A DNA stretch of 33,502 nt, from positions 1 through 33,502 of the forward strand of contig CAZYCQ010000018.1 of assembly GCA_964645535.1 (NCBI GenBank). The letters run 5' to 3'. The stretch is from an uncultured archaeon (lineage in GTDB: Archaea > Asgardarchaeota > Heimdallarchaeia > Heimdallarchaeales > Kariarchaeaceae). Shown here one piece after another: positions 8,875 through 19,807 of this stretch. The position numbers and the translations under genes were made by a program. The first letter of the stretch is position 1. Each line of letters begins with the position of its first letter. The notes under the pieces were generated by a model. The model was not told where the DNA came from and made no database searches. It worked only from the letters and a program-made list of their open reading frames with translations.

Positions 8875-9462
8875 ATGACCAATCTCTCCTATCTCCACCT
8901 TGATTTGCAACCCTCCATTGCTTTGAAACTGAAAGATCCATTGCTTCCACAGCAACTTCAAATCAATTTTTCCACCCATCCATTTAGCGATACCTCTCAT
9001 GTGGATGAGCCATTGGCTTTATTGCATGATGGCCAATCACTTTGGTTACTTGCCAACCTTTCTCATATTTCTGTTCTGCAAACTTTTCTCGATGCCATTC
9101 CTTTGGAACATCATATCCACGCGAAACTTCTTGTGGTCACAATTGAAAAGGATACTGAAATTGTTGAACATGCGAACTTACCTCCTCTTGGAATACATCC
9201 AGATGACGATTTGGAAAAGGTTATACAAACCTTGAGCTTCAACAAAATCTACAAGAGTATCAAAGACCTTGGGAAAGGACTTAGCATAGCTGTTCGTGAA
9301 GATCCGGAGATGGAACATTTTGATCTTCTCATTAAGAATCTGGATCGGATTGTCCAATCTAGTGATATTGATACCATTTGTTCATTTCTTGTTTCATTGC
9401 TTAATCAAAACCCAATGATCCAAAATCTTCCAGAATCGACTGGTTTCACTCGTTCGAAATAA
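8875..9462 (+). CDS. Hypothetical protein
   Basis: The frame is open from 8680, but the first 65 codons look non-coding, so ATG 8875 is preferred. No motif recognised. Confidence 0.55.
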   Translation: MTNLSYLHLDLQPSIALKLKDPLLPQQLQINFSTHPFSDTSHVDEPLALLHDGQSLWLLANLSHISVLQTFLDAIPLEHHIHAKLLVVTIEKDTEIVEHANLPPLGIHPDDDLEKVIQTLSFNKIYKSIKDLGKGLSIAVREDPEMEHFDLLIKNLDRIVQSSDIDTICSFLVSLLNQNPMIQNLPESTGFTRSK

Positions 9463-10201
9463 GTTGTTCTGCTACCCACTCCAGCCTTTCCCGAACAAGT
9501 GCAGGGAAACTTTCAGAAGTACCATCGGAAAGGGTGATGTCACTTCCTACAAGTATCCCGCACACTTCCAAATCATAGAAGTGACCAAGTGCATAAAGTG
9601 TAGATAATTCCATATCTACTGTGGAAACTTTGAGCATCCTGAAGTAATTCAATTCTTTTTCCGTAAGCCTGAAAGGTGCATCTGTTGAAAGGTTAATGTT
9701 TTCAATCACTATACTCCCTGCGTCCTCAAGAGCGGCCTTTGATCTAAAATACAGGGTTTTTTGTGGGATATCCACGAGTGATCCCGGCTTCAAATAATGA
9801 TGGCTTGTACCTTCATCCCTTACAGACTGTGCAGGAATGAAAATCTCTCCAATTCCATAAGGTGTCTCTGGAAGAATCCCTGCTGTTCCAATTGTCAAAA
9901 ACTTTTCAATCCCTCCTCTTCTATAATATTCAATAGTGGCTGCCAATGCAGGGGCGCCAATTCCAATTGAGGAGACAAGCATTACTTCCTTTGTCCTCCT
10001 GAGAATTGAAAGACGACCAAAGCTTCCATCCACTTCCTTTCCTTTGAACCTTTTCTCAATGAAAGATGCCAACCCTCTGTCGAAAACGATGACAAGTTTA
10101 GATTTGCCTTCAAGAGCTTTCTGAACTTTTTTTGGCATGATGGACTCATGAAGCACAAAGGTTTCCTCTTGATACTTGGAAGGAAGCTGAGGAAAAGACA
10201 T
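9446..10201 (-). CDS. Nucleoside phosphorylase (PNP/UDP family 1)
   Basis: GIGAPA, IGTAG, VRDEGTSHHY, STDAPFR, VDMELS. Confidence 0.93.
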   Translation of the reverse strand: MSFPQLPSKYQEETFVLHESIMPKKVQKALEGKSKLVIVFDRGLASFIEKRFKGKEVDGSFGRLSILRRTKEVMLVSSIGIGAPALAATIEYYRRGGIEKFLTIGTAGILPETPYGIGEIFIPAQSVRDEGTSHHYLKPGSLVDIPQKTLYFRSKAALEDAGSIVIENINLSTDAPFRLTEKELNYFRMLKVSTVDMELSTLYALGHFYDLEVCGILVGSDITLSDGTSESFPALVRERLEWVAEQLISNE

Positions 10202-10323
10202 TCAAGAAATAATTCTCTTAATCACAACAAAAGCCTTGGCTTTAAGACATTCTCAATTTTTTTGTCAAAAGATTATGTATTGAAGCCAATACTTCAAAAA
10301 AAAACAGGACAATACCCAACTTG

Positions 10324-11964
10324 ATGACATTCGATAGCGTCCCAAAAATTCCGAAACCTTCGAATGAACCCATTCTTGGTTATATGCCGGGATCTCCTGA
10401 ACTTAAAGCCCTTCGGGCTGAAATTGACCGACTCAAAAACATGACCATTGATGTTCCTTTGGTCATTGGCGGAGAAAAAATCTTCACCGAAGAAAAGGGA
10501 ACGATGGTCATGCCGCACAACCATCAACATGTGCTCGGTCACTACTCAAAAGCCAGCAAAGAACATCTTCTACGAGCCATTGAAGCCGCCAAAGAGGCAA
10601 AGGAAGAATGGGAATCCTATGAATGGTATGAACGGGCGGCTGTCTTCCTCAAAGCTGCTGACCTTCTCTCTGGAAGGTGGAGGGCAACCCTTAATGCAGC
10701 AACCATGCTTGGGCAATCCAAAAACATCTTTCAGGCAGAAATTGATTCCGCTTGTGAACTGATTGACTTTTTGAGGTTCAATGCCTACTATATGCAACAG
10801 ATTTATGAGGATCAGCCCTATAGTCCAAAAGGAATGTGGAACACAATGGATTATCGTCCCCTTGAGGGTTTTGTGTTCGCGGTCACCCCATTCAATTTCA
10901 CTTCAATTGCGGGAAACCTTCCCACTTCCCCTGCAATGATGGGTAATACAGTTCTTTGGAAACCTGCTTCAAGTGCGGTCTATTCTGCTCACTTCATTAT
11001 GGAACTCTTGGAGGAGGCTGGACTGCCGAAAGGTGTCATTAACTTTATTCCTGGACGGGGTGCGGATGTTGGTAAGGTTGTGCTTCCCCACCCTGACCTT
11101 GCAGGCATTCACTTTACTGGATCCACGGAAACGTTCCGACAAATGTGGAGGATTGTTGGTGAGAATATCGCCACTTACAAGAGTTATCCTAGGATCGTAG
11201 GTGAAACCGGAGGAAAGGACTTTATCTTTGTCCATGAATCGGCCAATCCTGTTGAAGTGGCAGTGGCTGCCCTTCGTGCATCATTCGAATACTGTGGACA
11301 AAAATGCTCTGCTTCCTCAAGGATGTATGTTCCAAAATCTCTTTGGCCAGAAATCAAACGCATCATGCTAGAACAACTCAAGGAATTCAAAATGGGTGAT
11401 CCTGAAGATGTGGAAACAATGATGAATGCAGTTATTGATCAAGCTGCATATGAAAAGATCACCCAATATATTTCCTATGCCGAAGAATCTTCCGAAGCAA
11501 CAATCATTACGGAAGGTACCCCTGACTCATCAGTTGGATACTTCATTCCCCCAACAATCATTGAGACAACCAATCCCAAATTCAAAACCATGGAGGAAGA
11601 GATATTCGGTCCTGTATTGACTGTTTACCCCTACGATAATGATAAATTTGATGAAACCCTTAAGTTGTGCGATCAAACTTCGATTTACGCATTGACGGGG
11701 TCGATCTTCGCTAAAGATAGGGCTGTTATAAAGAAGATGACCAAGGCGCTTAGACATGCCGCCGGTAACTTTTACATTAATGACAAACCCACTGCTGCGG
11801 TAGTTGGTCAACAACCATTCGGTGGAGGTAGAGCTTCCGGAACCAATGACAAGGCTGGCTCCTACTTGAATCTTATCCGTTGGACCTCAGTAAGGTCAAT
11901 TAAGGAGACCTTTGATCCACCCAAATCATTCTGGTATCCATACATGCGTGCTGGAAAAGAGTGA
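10324..11964 (+). CDS. pruA: Delta-1-pyrroline-5-carboxylate (L-glutamate gamma-semialdehyde) dehydrogenase, ALDH4/PruA type
   Basis: NEPILGY, QAEIDSACELIDF, PFNFT, FTGST, GETGGK, FEYCGQKCSA (catalytic Cys), EEIFGP, INDKPT..VVGQQPFGG.RASGTNDKAG. Confidence 0.95.
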   Translation: MTFDSVPKIPKPSNEPILGYMPGSPELKALRAEIDRLKNMTIDVPLVIGGEKIFTEEKGTMVMPHNHQHVLGHYSKASKEHLLRAIEAAKEAKEEWESYEWYERAAVFLKAADLLSGRWRATLNAATMLGQSKNIFQAEIDSACELIDFLRFNAYYMQQIYEDQPYSPKGMWNTMDYRPLEGFVFAVTPFNFTSIAGNLPTSPAMMGNTVLWKPASSAVYSAHFIMELLEEAGLPKGVINFIPGRGADVGKVVLPHPDLAGIHFTGSTETFRQMWRIVGENIATYKSYPRIVGETGGKDFIFVHESANPVEVAVAALRASFEYCGQKCSASSRMYVPKSLWPEIKRIMLEQLKEFKMGDPEDVETMMNAVIDQAAYEKITQYISYAEESSEATIITEGTPDSSVGYFIPPTIIETTNPKFKTMEEEIFGPVLTVYPYDNDKFDETLKLCDQTSIYALTGSIFAKDRAVIKKMTKALRHAAGNFYINDKPTAAVVGQQPFGGGRASGTNDKAGSYLNLIRWTSVRSIKETFDPPKSFWYPYMRAGKE

Positions 11965-12118
11965 AAAAACCAATCCGGATTGCGTTCTATACATCCGAAA
12001 ATTATTCTTCCCCTATAAAATTAATTCACTCTCTTCACGATAAGTTAATAAAAAGATGATTTCAAGCAGAATTGCTCGTATCCTCAAATGAGGAAAGCAA
12101 AAAACATGAGGTATAATC

Positions 12119-14041
12119 ATGAATTTCAAGAATAAAGTACTCGTTCAACTTACGTTGATCGTATTGCTTTCGAGCCTTGTGTCCTCATCTACCGTAAGGG
12201 CAACACCAACCCTACACCAAGATGATGAAATGGTCATTGTCTATGCATTGCCATATGACTTCGACGAATATTCAATTTGGACACAGGACTCCTATGCAAC
12301 TGCCCAATGGACATCGGCTGTCTATGCCGGTCTCTTCAAAAGGGATGACGCTGCATTTAGGGATTGGGTTCCTGATCTGGCTGGTGGGTACCCAACCGTC
12401 TCTGCAAACGGATCTGAATTCACTGTTACCCTTAGACCTGGTATCAAATTCCCCAGCGGAAATCCAATTACTGCTGATGACGTCATTTTTTCATTCAAGG
12501 TAGCGGTCACTCCCTCAATTAACCTTGCCGGCTACTCCGTCATGTCCCAATACTTTGACAACTCCTCATTCATCAAAATTGATGACAAGACTGTCAAGTT
12601 CGTGTTCAATCAACCATATGCTTTCGCTTTGGGATTGTTGTCCTCTGCTATCATTGAGAAGGCAATTTTCCAAACTAGGTATGATTCCTGTGTTGCAGGC
12701 ACTGCCGCAGATTGTGAATGGAACGCTCCTGACGGTTCTGATGCAAAGGGTGCCGGTCCTTTCATGGTTGATTCCATTGATAATACCAATGAGATCGTCA
12801 CTCTTGTGAAGAACCCCAACTACTATGGTGCAGTTGATGTCCAGGCCGATAAGATCGTCTACCAGAAGATCGCTGAAAAGGCTGCTGCAATTTCCGCACT
12901 TGTTTCTGGTGACATCGACATCATGGATTCACAATATGTACCTACTGTTGATGAGTTCAGTGCTTACACCGGTATCCATGAGGAAATCGTCGGTGATCCA
13001 GCACACCAGGAAATCTCCCTTAACCACAAAAGCCAATGGTGGGGCAACGGTTCTGCCGTACCTGACGGTGATCACACTGATGATGCGATGGATGCCCTTC
13101 TTATCAGGAGAGCAATGTCCCACATCGTTGATCGAGAATTCATTGCAAATGAAATCCTTGAAGGTCTTGGACAGCCTGCTGCATCTACCATGCCTTCCGC
13201 AGCCGTTGGTTGGGATCCAAACCTCAAAGCAGATGAATACAATGTAACTTTGGCCAAACAACTTATGGAGCAGGCAGGTTTCGATTACTCCACGCTTACT
13301 GATTCAGATGGTGATGGAACATATGAAACCTTCTTCTTCGAAATAACTGTGCTTTCACCAAATACTAACCCTGCAAGGAATGAATGGGCTTCATTGTACG
13401 TCAATGAACTGCCTAAGATTGGTATTGGTGTCAAGCAGCATGTCTCCACTGGTTGGGGTGACATTATCCCCAGAACCTTTGGTGCAGATAGTCCTCCTGG
13501 TCTTTATGATGAAGGTGGTTATGATATCTTCTTTGTTGGTTATGGTTGGGGACTTGATTGGGATCCAACTGGTCTTTATGAAGAATCCAACTTTGTACCA
13601 ACTGGTGGTAACTTCTACAACTATGTGAATCACACTTTGGAGGCTTTGATCGCAAACTACACCACTGAACTTGACCCCGATGCAAGGATTGAAAAGGCTC
13701 ATGCAGTGCAAAAAGCCATTCATGACGATCTCCCTGTCATTCCTATCGTGTATCCTCAAAGCCATTGGGCTTGGAGCGAGAGAATCCAGGGTATTGATCC
13801 TATCCTGCTTTCAACCTCTTCACAGGAGTGGGGTGAAGTTTTCAAGGCTGATATCAAGACTTCGACTTCCGTTTCAACCGAAGTGACAACTGAGGTTTCA
13901 ACAGCAGTTTCAACTGTTGTGGTCACCCAAAACAACACTGAAACTGGTGCTTCTGGCGCTCCAATCTCAATGACATTTGTTGTGCTCGGAATGATGTTCA
14001 GCGCAGTTGTCGCTATAGTGATTCGTCGCAGAAAATACTAA
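12119..14041 (+). CDS. dppA: Peptide/nickel ABC transporter substrate-binding protein (family 5), C-terminally membrane anchored
   Basis: Signal peptide, PDLA, F.SG.PITADDVIFSF, GAGPF, LVKNPNYY, then a Thr/Ser-rich linker, TM helix and RRRK. Confidence 0.92.
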   Translation: MNFKNKVLVQLTLIVLLSSLVSSSTVRATPTLHQDDEMVIVYALPYDFDEYSIWTQDSYATAQWTSAVYAGLFKRDDAAFRDWVPDLAGGYPTVSANGSEFTVTLRPGIKFPSGNPITADDVIFSFKVAVTPSINLAGYSVMSQYFDNSSFIKIDDKTVKFVFNQPYAFALGLLSSAIIEKAIFQTRYDSCVAGTAADCEWNAPDGSDAKGAGPFMVDSIDNTNEIVTLVKNPNYYGAVDVQADKIVYQKIAEKAAAISALVSGDIDIMDSQYVPTVDEFSAYTGIHEEIVGDPAHQEISLNHKSQWWGNGSAVPDGDHTDDAMDALLIRRAMSHIVDREFIANEILEGLGQPAASTMPSAAVGWDPNLKADEYNVTLAKQLMEQAGFDYSTLTDSDGDGTYETFFFEITVLSPNTNPARNEWASLYVNELPKIGIGVKQHVSTGWGDIIPRTFGADSPPGLYDEGGYDIFFVGYGWGLDWDPTGLYEESNFVPTGGNFYNYVNHTLEALIANYTTELDPDARIEKAHAVQKAIHDDLPVIPIVYPQSHWAWSERIQGIDPILLSTSSQEWGEVFKADIKTSTSVSTEVTTEVSTAVSTVVVTQNNTETGASGAPISMTFVVLGMMFSAVVAIVIRRRKY

Positions 14042-14169
14042 TATCAAATCTCTAAATTAAACATCAAACAATATTAATTCAACTGAAAATTACATTCCCT
14101 AAACAAATTTTGAGAAGAAGGTACATCAATTTTCCAAAGGATTATAAGCCACATCCAAAAGGTGATTCA

Positions 14170-15675
14170 ATGCTTTCCGTTCAAAAAATAGGCGGGTTTA
14201 TCTTTGTATTTTTAATTGTCTTTACACTAGTGAGTAAGGGTCAAGAAATTGTAACTGATCCTGTGGAGAAAATCGGCGAGGAGGAACTGCTGTTTAAGTT
14301 GCCCGAATCCAGCTCTCATTTGGTTTTGAAAGGAAATGAGACTTTTTGGCAATTTACATTCTTGGTCGGACCCTCAATTGACGCGGATCCTATTGGTACC
14401 TCCTATACTCCTGACCAAATTCTAATGTATGGAACTTTTAATAATGTTACAAGAGAACTAACGTTGGAAAATGTTACTTCGCAGCTCGTTTACCCATCAC
14501 AATATGACTTTGTTGTCGACGATCTAGGTCAAGTTCACACTGTTTTTGTTAGTGGGCTCTACACTTTGTATTATGCTGTTAGATTAACAAACGGCACATG
14601 GGTTGAAGAACAGGTGACAGACCCCAATAACTGGTGGGCATGGTCTCCAGATATTGATCTGGCATCTGATGGAACTCCCCGGATTACCTATGCATTAAGC
14701 TACAAATCTGGTGCCAGTGAAATTTTTCCCATGGGATTTGGCTTTGTTGGTGCTCGATCAGTTCATTTTGCTATGAAAACTGATTCTGGTTGGACATACT
14801 ATGATGTGGTTGGTCAAATTGGAAATAAGATTCTTCCTGGTCGACTGATGGAAATTCAATATCCCGCATTTGTCATTCAGAATGGGAGCGTTTACTTGGC
14901 TTTCACTAATCGTAGTCCTCAAGGGGCAGATACTCAGATATATTTTGCCCATTTTCCTGAAGATCCTTCCAATTCAACAACCAATCAATCTCTGCAAGCA
15001 TATGTCTATAAAAATGTATTCAGTGTGAACTCGGTTGCAGGTGTCTTTACCTATCCTGAGATATTCCCCTACAAATCCGGGGTGTTTTTGGCGGGAGGCA
15101 GTTGGGTGAGAAATGGCGCATGGTATGCATATTTAAAGGATCTGAACGTCTCACAAGATGAGGCGGATTGGCAAAGCAACCTCTTTTCACTTGATTACAT
15201 TAGCCAAGAAATCAAATCAATGAGTGGTGCAATTAGGGATGGAAAAGTCTATTTGGCATGGTCACCATATGATCTCTTCGATACTACCAACAATCGTTTT
15301 ACTCAAGACATTATTTTAACTGTCACAGATTTGGAACTTTCAGTCGAGAATTTCACAATCACCTTTTTGACAGATACCGTCAACATTGCCCATGAATTTC
15401 CAAACCTTGTATTGACTGAAGATTCAGTTGTCGTCATTTCAGTAGTTTACAATGGAACGAATCCTGTTCCCTATTTCGGTTATATTTCCGCGGCTGCCAT
15501 CATTGTTGAAGACCCTGTTCCCGGAGGGGAGATTGCCTTTGCACTTACCTTTGCGGTCATGGTGATTTTTGTTGTGGTGCTCGGTTTTGCCATCCGAAAA
15601 GTCCCTGTCCGTGAAGAAGAAGAAGAAATCCTTCCCCATATGGTCAATCTGAGAGATTCAATTACGAGGGACTGA
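14170..15675 (+). CDS. Secreted, membrane-anchored beta-rich hypothetical protein (possible propeller)
   Basis: SD GGTGA 4 nt before ATG 14170. Signal peptide, repeats such as VVDDLGQVHTVF and IDLASDGTPRITY, C-terminal TM and acidic tail. Confidence 0.75.
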   Translation: MLSVQKIGGFIFVFLIVFTLVSKGQEIVTDPVEKIGEEELLFKLPESSSHLVLKGNETFWQFTFLVGPSIDADPIGTSYTPDQILMYGTFNNVTRELTLENVTSQLVYPSQYDFVVDDLGQVHTVFVSGLYTLYYAVRLTNGTWVEEQVTDPNNWWAWSPDIDLASDGTPRITYALSYKSGASEIFPMGFGFVGARSVHFAMKTDSGWTYYDVVGQIGNKILPGRLMEIQYPAFVIQNGSVYLAFTNRSPQGADTQIYFAHFPEDPSNSTTNQSLQAYVYKNVFSVNSVAGVFTYPEIFPYKSGVFLAGGSWVRNGAWYAYLKDLNVSQDEADWQSNLFSLDYISQEIKSMSGAIRDGKVYLAWSPYDLFDTTNNRFTQDIILTVTDLELSVENFTITFLTDTVNIAHEFPNLVLTEDSVVVISVVYNGTNPVPYFGYISAAAIIVEDPVPGGEIAFALTFAVMVIFVVVLGFAIRKVPVREEEEEILPHMVNLRDSITRD

Positions 15676-15742
15676 TCTTTTGTTTTTGGACGCGCCCCAA
15701 TAATTTTAAGTGTACAAATTTTATCCCAATCAAGGGATCACC

Positions 15743-17263
15743 ATGGAAACTGTAGTCTCTGCTCAAAAGGAAGAAAAAAACTATTTTGACTTCACCGAAC
15801 GAGGTCCACTTTTTGTCCTCATTGCTGCAATCCTCTTCAATGCCTTTGTGTTCGTTCAAATCGCAACCAAAGGAAATTTGGATACAATTGCCTTTCTAGG
15901 TATGACCCGGCGACTATATTTTGTTGTTGCTAGTCTGTTGCTAGTGGATCTTTATACTTTGATTTTGTATATGCAACCTTTCTTTCAAGAAAAGATTCCA
16001 AGATTTATCAAATATCTGGCGTTTATAATTGGCATATTGCAAGCATCTCTTATCCAGATTGCCAGTAGCAACTTGATTGGGATCTATCTCTCCTTGACCT
16101 TTCTTCCCTTGTTTATTTGGTATTGGCTTCACAATGGTGAAGTGACCAGTCTTTTTGGAAACAACATATTTGTGTTCACCGTCCGTAGACATATAGCAAT
16201 GATTCCTATGTTCATTGCCATTTCATGGTTCTCATTTTTCCTGCTGAACCAATTGGTCGATCCAGTCAAACTCCTTCTCGGCATCAGACAAGTTCGGTTT
16301 GGAAAGGAACAGCTGGAACAGTCAATCAAAATCCAATATGGTTTGGTCGACCCAGCAACCGGTCGGGAATATACTTTTTGGGAACGATACGTGAATTATG
16401 TTATCGATTTTGCCCATGGTGATCTTGGAATAACCTACAGCGAATCTATTCCAGTAACTCAGAATATTGCCAACCGGCTCTGGACCACTCTAGGAATGCA
16501 GGTGCCCGCTCTTGTCGTTTCCTTCTTCCTTAGTGTAACAATCGGTATTCTTGCAGCATATTTCCATCAAACTCCCATTGATTCTGCTGTTTCATCATTG
16601 GCCTTGCTTGGGCTTTCAATGCCGATTTTCGTTTCCGGTATCTTGGCAATTCTCATTTTCACTGGAACTGGACTCCAATGGTTCCCATTTGGGGGTGCAA
16701 AATCATTGGATCATATATTGGCTACAAAATGCGATCCCTGTAGCAACTCTCCGCAAACTATTTGGGATACCTTATGGGCTGACGGGAATTGGACGGACAT
16801 TGGTCTTTGGAGTGATTTCATTGAAGTCTCATGGGTGTATACCGCTGACTTTGTGTGGCATCTTGTCTTACCTGTTCTAACTTTGACTTTCGCAACAATG
16901 GCGACATTTTCACGATTGACTAGGGGGACAATGCTGGAGGTGCTACGAGAAGACTATATTCTTGCCGCTCGTGCCAATGGTATTTCTGAAAGGAATATTG
17001 TAATTAAGCATGCTCTTCCCAATGTCATGTTGCCGATCACTACATTTTTAGGCTTAAGCATTGGCGGTCTTCTGGCGGGAGCCCCCATCACAGAAACGGT
17101 TTTTAGCTGGCCAGGATTGGGTGTTGAGTATCTTGCTGCTGTCAATGTCTTGGATGGTCCTGTTATTGTGGGTCTGACGATGATCATTACCCTCATGATA
17201 CTTTTTGCAAACATGCTTACAGATATCGCATATACGAAGCTTGATCCAAGAATTACACTGTAG
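15743..17263 (+). CDS. dppB: Peptide ABC transporter permease DppB/OppB with extra N-terminal TM domain
   Basis: GDLGITY, SMPIF, RGTMLEVLREDYILAARANG, KHALPN, ITETVFSWPGLG. About 140 aa N-terminal hydrophobic extension. Confidence 0.92.
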   Translation: METVVSAQKEEKNYFDFTERGPLFVLIAAILFNAFVFVQIATKGNLDTIAFLGMTRRLYFVVASLLLVDLYTLILYMQPFFQEKIPRFIKYLAFIIGILQASLIQIASSNLIGIYLSLTFLPLFIWYWLHNGEVTSLFGNNIFVFTVRRHIAMIPMFIAISWFSFFLLNQLVDPVKLLLGIRQVRFGKEQLEQSIKIQYGLVDPATGREYTFWERYVNYVIDFAHGDLGITYSESIPVTQNIANRLWTTLGMQVPALVVSFFLSVTIGILAAYFHQTPIDSAVSSLALLGLSMPIFVSGILAILIFTGTGLQWFPFGGAKSLDHILATKCDPCSNSPQTIWDTLWADGNWTDIGLWSDFIEVSWVYTADFVWHLVLPVLTLTFATMATFSRLTRGTMLEVLREDYILAARANGISERNIVIKHALPNVMLPITTFLGLSIGGLLAGAPITETVFSWPGLGVEYLAAVNVLDGPVIVGLTMIITLMILFANMLTDIAYTKLDPRITL

Positions 17264-17272
17264 GTGAATGTT

Positions 17273-18220
17273 ATGAGTACCGCTACATCAGAACAAAAAA
17301 CAGTACGCGTTAAAGAAGTGAGCCAGTCAACGAACCTTTGGTTGATTGTACTGGAGCGCCTGAGACGAAACAAAGTTGCTATGCTGGCCTTCTATTACAT
17401 CATGTTGAACGTTCTCATTGCAATATTCTATCCAATTCTCATTCCTTTTGACCCTATTGAACGAGCTCCTGGCAAGGATTCAAAATTCGGTGGAGGTGTC
17501 AATGCCTTTCCCACACTCAAATATCCTGCCGGAATAAATCAACCTGGACAGGATATCTTTTCGAGACTATTGGCAGGCTCTGAAATTTCAATTTTGGTAG
17601 GTATTTTTGCAACACTGATTTCCGTCATCATTGGTGTCCTTGTAGGTCTTTTGGCAGGATATTATCAAGGTAAGGTTGAGGAAATCCTTATGAGGGTCGT
17701 AGATCTTTTCCTTGCCGTTCCGTTCTTGTTGATCGCGATTGTTCTTGTTCAGCTCATCACCTCAGGACAGGCAAAAGTGTTGCAAGGCATGCCCGTGGTC
17801 TGGGTCATTACCTTCGTCATTGGATTTTTCGGTTGGGCTGGTCTAGCCCGACTGGTTACGGCAAATGTCAAACAGGTAGCTGCTCTGGAATACGTTTCGG
17901 CAGTCAAGATTATGGGGGCAAGAGATTCCCGGATATTGTTTGTCCATATACTTCCTAACGTGTCAGCCCCTATCATTGTCATCACTGCCCTTTTTACGGC
18001 ATCTGCTATTCTTTCAGAAGCAGGCCTTGCATTCCTCGGTATCGGTGACCCCGCCAATACCGTAAGCTGGGGCATCATGGTGAACAACGGAAGAACGCAG
18101 CTTGCCAAACATCCTGAACAGTCCCTATTCCCTGGCTTTGCCATATTCTTCCTAGTTCTCTGCATCAATCTTTTCGGAGATGCCTTACGAGACGCACTTG
18201 ATCCTAAACTTAAAAACTAG
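17273..18220 (+). CDS. dppC: Peptide ABC transporter permease DppC/OppC
   Basis: GQDIFSRL, HILPN, ILSEAGLAFLG, NLFGDALRDALDPK. SD GGTGA 5 nt before ATG 17273. Confidence 0.95.
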   Translation: MSTATSEQKTVRVKEVSQSTNLWLIVLERLRRNKVAMLAFYYIMLNVLIAIFYPILIPFDPIERAPGKDSKFGGGVNAFPTLKYPAGINQPGQDIFSRLLAGSEISILVGIFATLISVIIGVLVGLLAGYYQGKVEEILMRVVDLFLAVPFLLIAIVLVQLITSGQAKVLQGMPVVWVITFVIGFFGWAGLARLVTANVKQVAALEYVSAVKIMGARDSRILFVHILPNVSAPIIVITALFTASAILSEAGLAFLGIGDPANTVSWGIMVNNGRTQLAKHPEQSLFPGFAIFFLVLCINLFGDALRDALDPKLKN

Positions 18221-18259
18221 GACAGAAATGTTCTTATCACTCACATCCCTTCTGCTATT

Positions 18260-18631
18260 GTGGACAACACTTCCATGCTTAAATTTTATGGGCGTGAAAT
18301 TGGATTTGGTGCTCTCATTGGAATTTTGACGGTAGGTCTCACCGTCTCTTTTTCACTCATCACCTTTTACCTTGGGATAGATGTTTTCGTTCTGCTTTTT
18401 CCATTCTTGTTAGGAATACAGTTGCTATATTTTCTCCTCTATTCATTTTGGATACTTTGGTTCGGCTTTTCACCGTCCTATCAGGCAATAATGCAACGTT
18501 TCTTCAAAAAGAAACCCCATGAAACGTCTGAACAAGAACTTACTGGAAAAGGTATCCGGTATCTGATATCCGGTCTTGCAATCCTCCTTCTCTTCGACTT
18601 GTCAACCAAAATAGTTTTCAATATTGTCTAA
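18260..18631 (+). CDS. Small membrane protein
   Basis: About three hydrophobic segments; fills the gap inside the ABC operon. The start could be ATG 18275. Confidence 0.6.
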   Translation: MDNTSMLKFYGREIGFGALIGILTVGLTVSFSLITFYLGIDVFVLLFPFLLGIQLLYFLLYSFWILWFGFSPSYQAIMQRFFKKKPHETSEQELTGKGIRYLISGLAILLLFDLSTKIVFNIV

Positions 18632-18694
18632 AAAAGCATTTAAAATCAATGTCGTTATCCAAATTACTTAAGAATAGAGGTTCGATGAAAACCT

Positions 18695-19807
18695 ATGGCT
18701 TCTGCAGAAATGCCCTCTTCCCCAAAATCGGATGAGGATATTTTTCCAGGCTCTCCAAAGGGAAGGGATGATGTTGTTCTTGAGGTTAGAAACCTAAGAA
18801 AATACTTCCCCATTCAGAGCCGGTCTGTTCTTTTTTCAAAGGTCATCGGTCAAATCAAGGCCGTAGATGGAGTTGATTTGCAAATCTTCAAAGGGGAAAT
18901 TCTTGGATTGGTCGGAGAATCTGGATGTGGAAAATCCACGTTATCGAAAACCATTATTGGACTTGAAAAACCCACCACCGGACAGGTTCTTTATTTCAAC
19001 CATGATTCAGATGAAGAACTGCTTATTGATGTGCATCATCCAAAATCCAAAAAGGAACTGATGGCTGTAAGACGTAACATTCAGATGGTTTTCCAAGACC
19101 CATATAATTCCCTTAATCCCCGCAGATTGGTTAAGAACACGCTGAAGGAGCCTTTGATTATCCACAAGTTGGAAAAAGGAAGGGAAGATGAAGTAGTAAT
19201 TGAGATGTTGAAGAAGGTCGGACTTGAGGATTACCATGCGCTCCGGTATCCGCACGAGTTCTCTGGTGGTCAACGGCAACGAATTGGCCTTGCCAGAGCC
19301 CTGATAATGAAACCTGAATTAATCATTGCGGATGAACCGGTCTCTGCTCTTGATGTTTCCGTCCAAGCCTCAATTCTTAACTTAATGCAGGATTTACAAC
19401 AAGAGTTCAATGTTTCAATGATATTCATCGCCCATGATCTCTCTGTTGTCAAACATGTCTCAAACCGGGTTGCTGTCATGTATCTCGGAAGAATTGTGGA
19501 AATCGGTCCAACCGATATGGTCTTTGACCGGCCTGCCCATCCATATACCGTCTCCTTACTATCCGCCATTCCATTTCCGGATCCTGACATCAAAAAGAAA
19601 AGGATTATCTTGGAAGGTGATGTTCCATCTCCCGTTAACTTACCAAAAGGATGTCGTTTTGCACCTAGATGTTACAAGGCACAAGACAAATGCCATGAAG
19701 AAGAACCCTTGCTTGAAGAGATAAGGCCAAATCTATGGGCTGCCTGTCATTATCCGGAAGATGAACAGGTCATTTTCTTTGATTTGGTGGAGGCTGAACA
19801 GTCATGA
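18695..19807 (+). CDS. dppF: Peptide ABC transporter ATPase DppF/OppF
   Basis: GESGCGKST, RYPHEFSGGQRQR, DEPVSALDVSVQA, C-terminal GCRFAPRC...C...AAC. Confidence 0.95.
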   Translation: MASAEMPSSPKSDEDIFPGSPKGRDDVVLEVRNLRKYFPIQSRSVLFSKVIGQIKAVDGVDLQIFKGEILGLVGESGCGKSTLSKTIIGLEKPTTGQVLYFNHDSDEELLIDVHHPKSKKELMAVRRNIQMVFQDPYNSLNPRRLVKNTLKEPLIIHKLEKGREDEVVIEMLKKVGLEDYHALRYPHEFSGGQRQRIGLARALIMKPELIIADEPVSALDVSVQASILNLMQDLQQEFNVSMIFIAHDLSVVKHVSNRVAVMYLGRIVEIGPTDMVFDRPAHPYTVSLLSAIPFPDPDIKKKRIILEGDVPSPVNLPKGCRFAPRCYKAQDKCHEEEPLLEEIRPNLWAACHYPEDEQVIFFDLVEAEQS

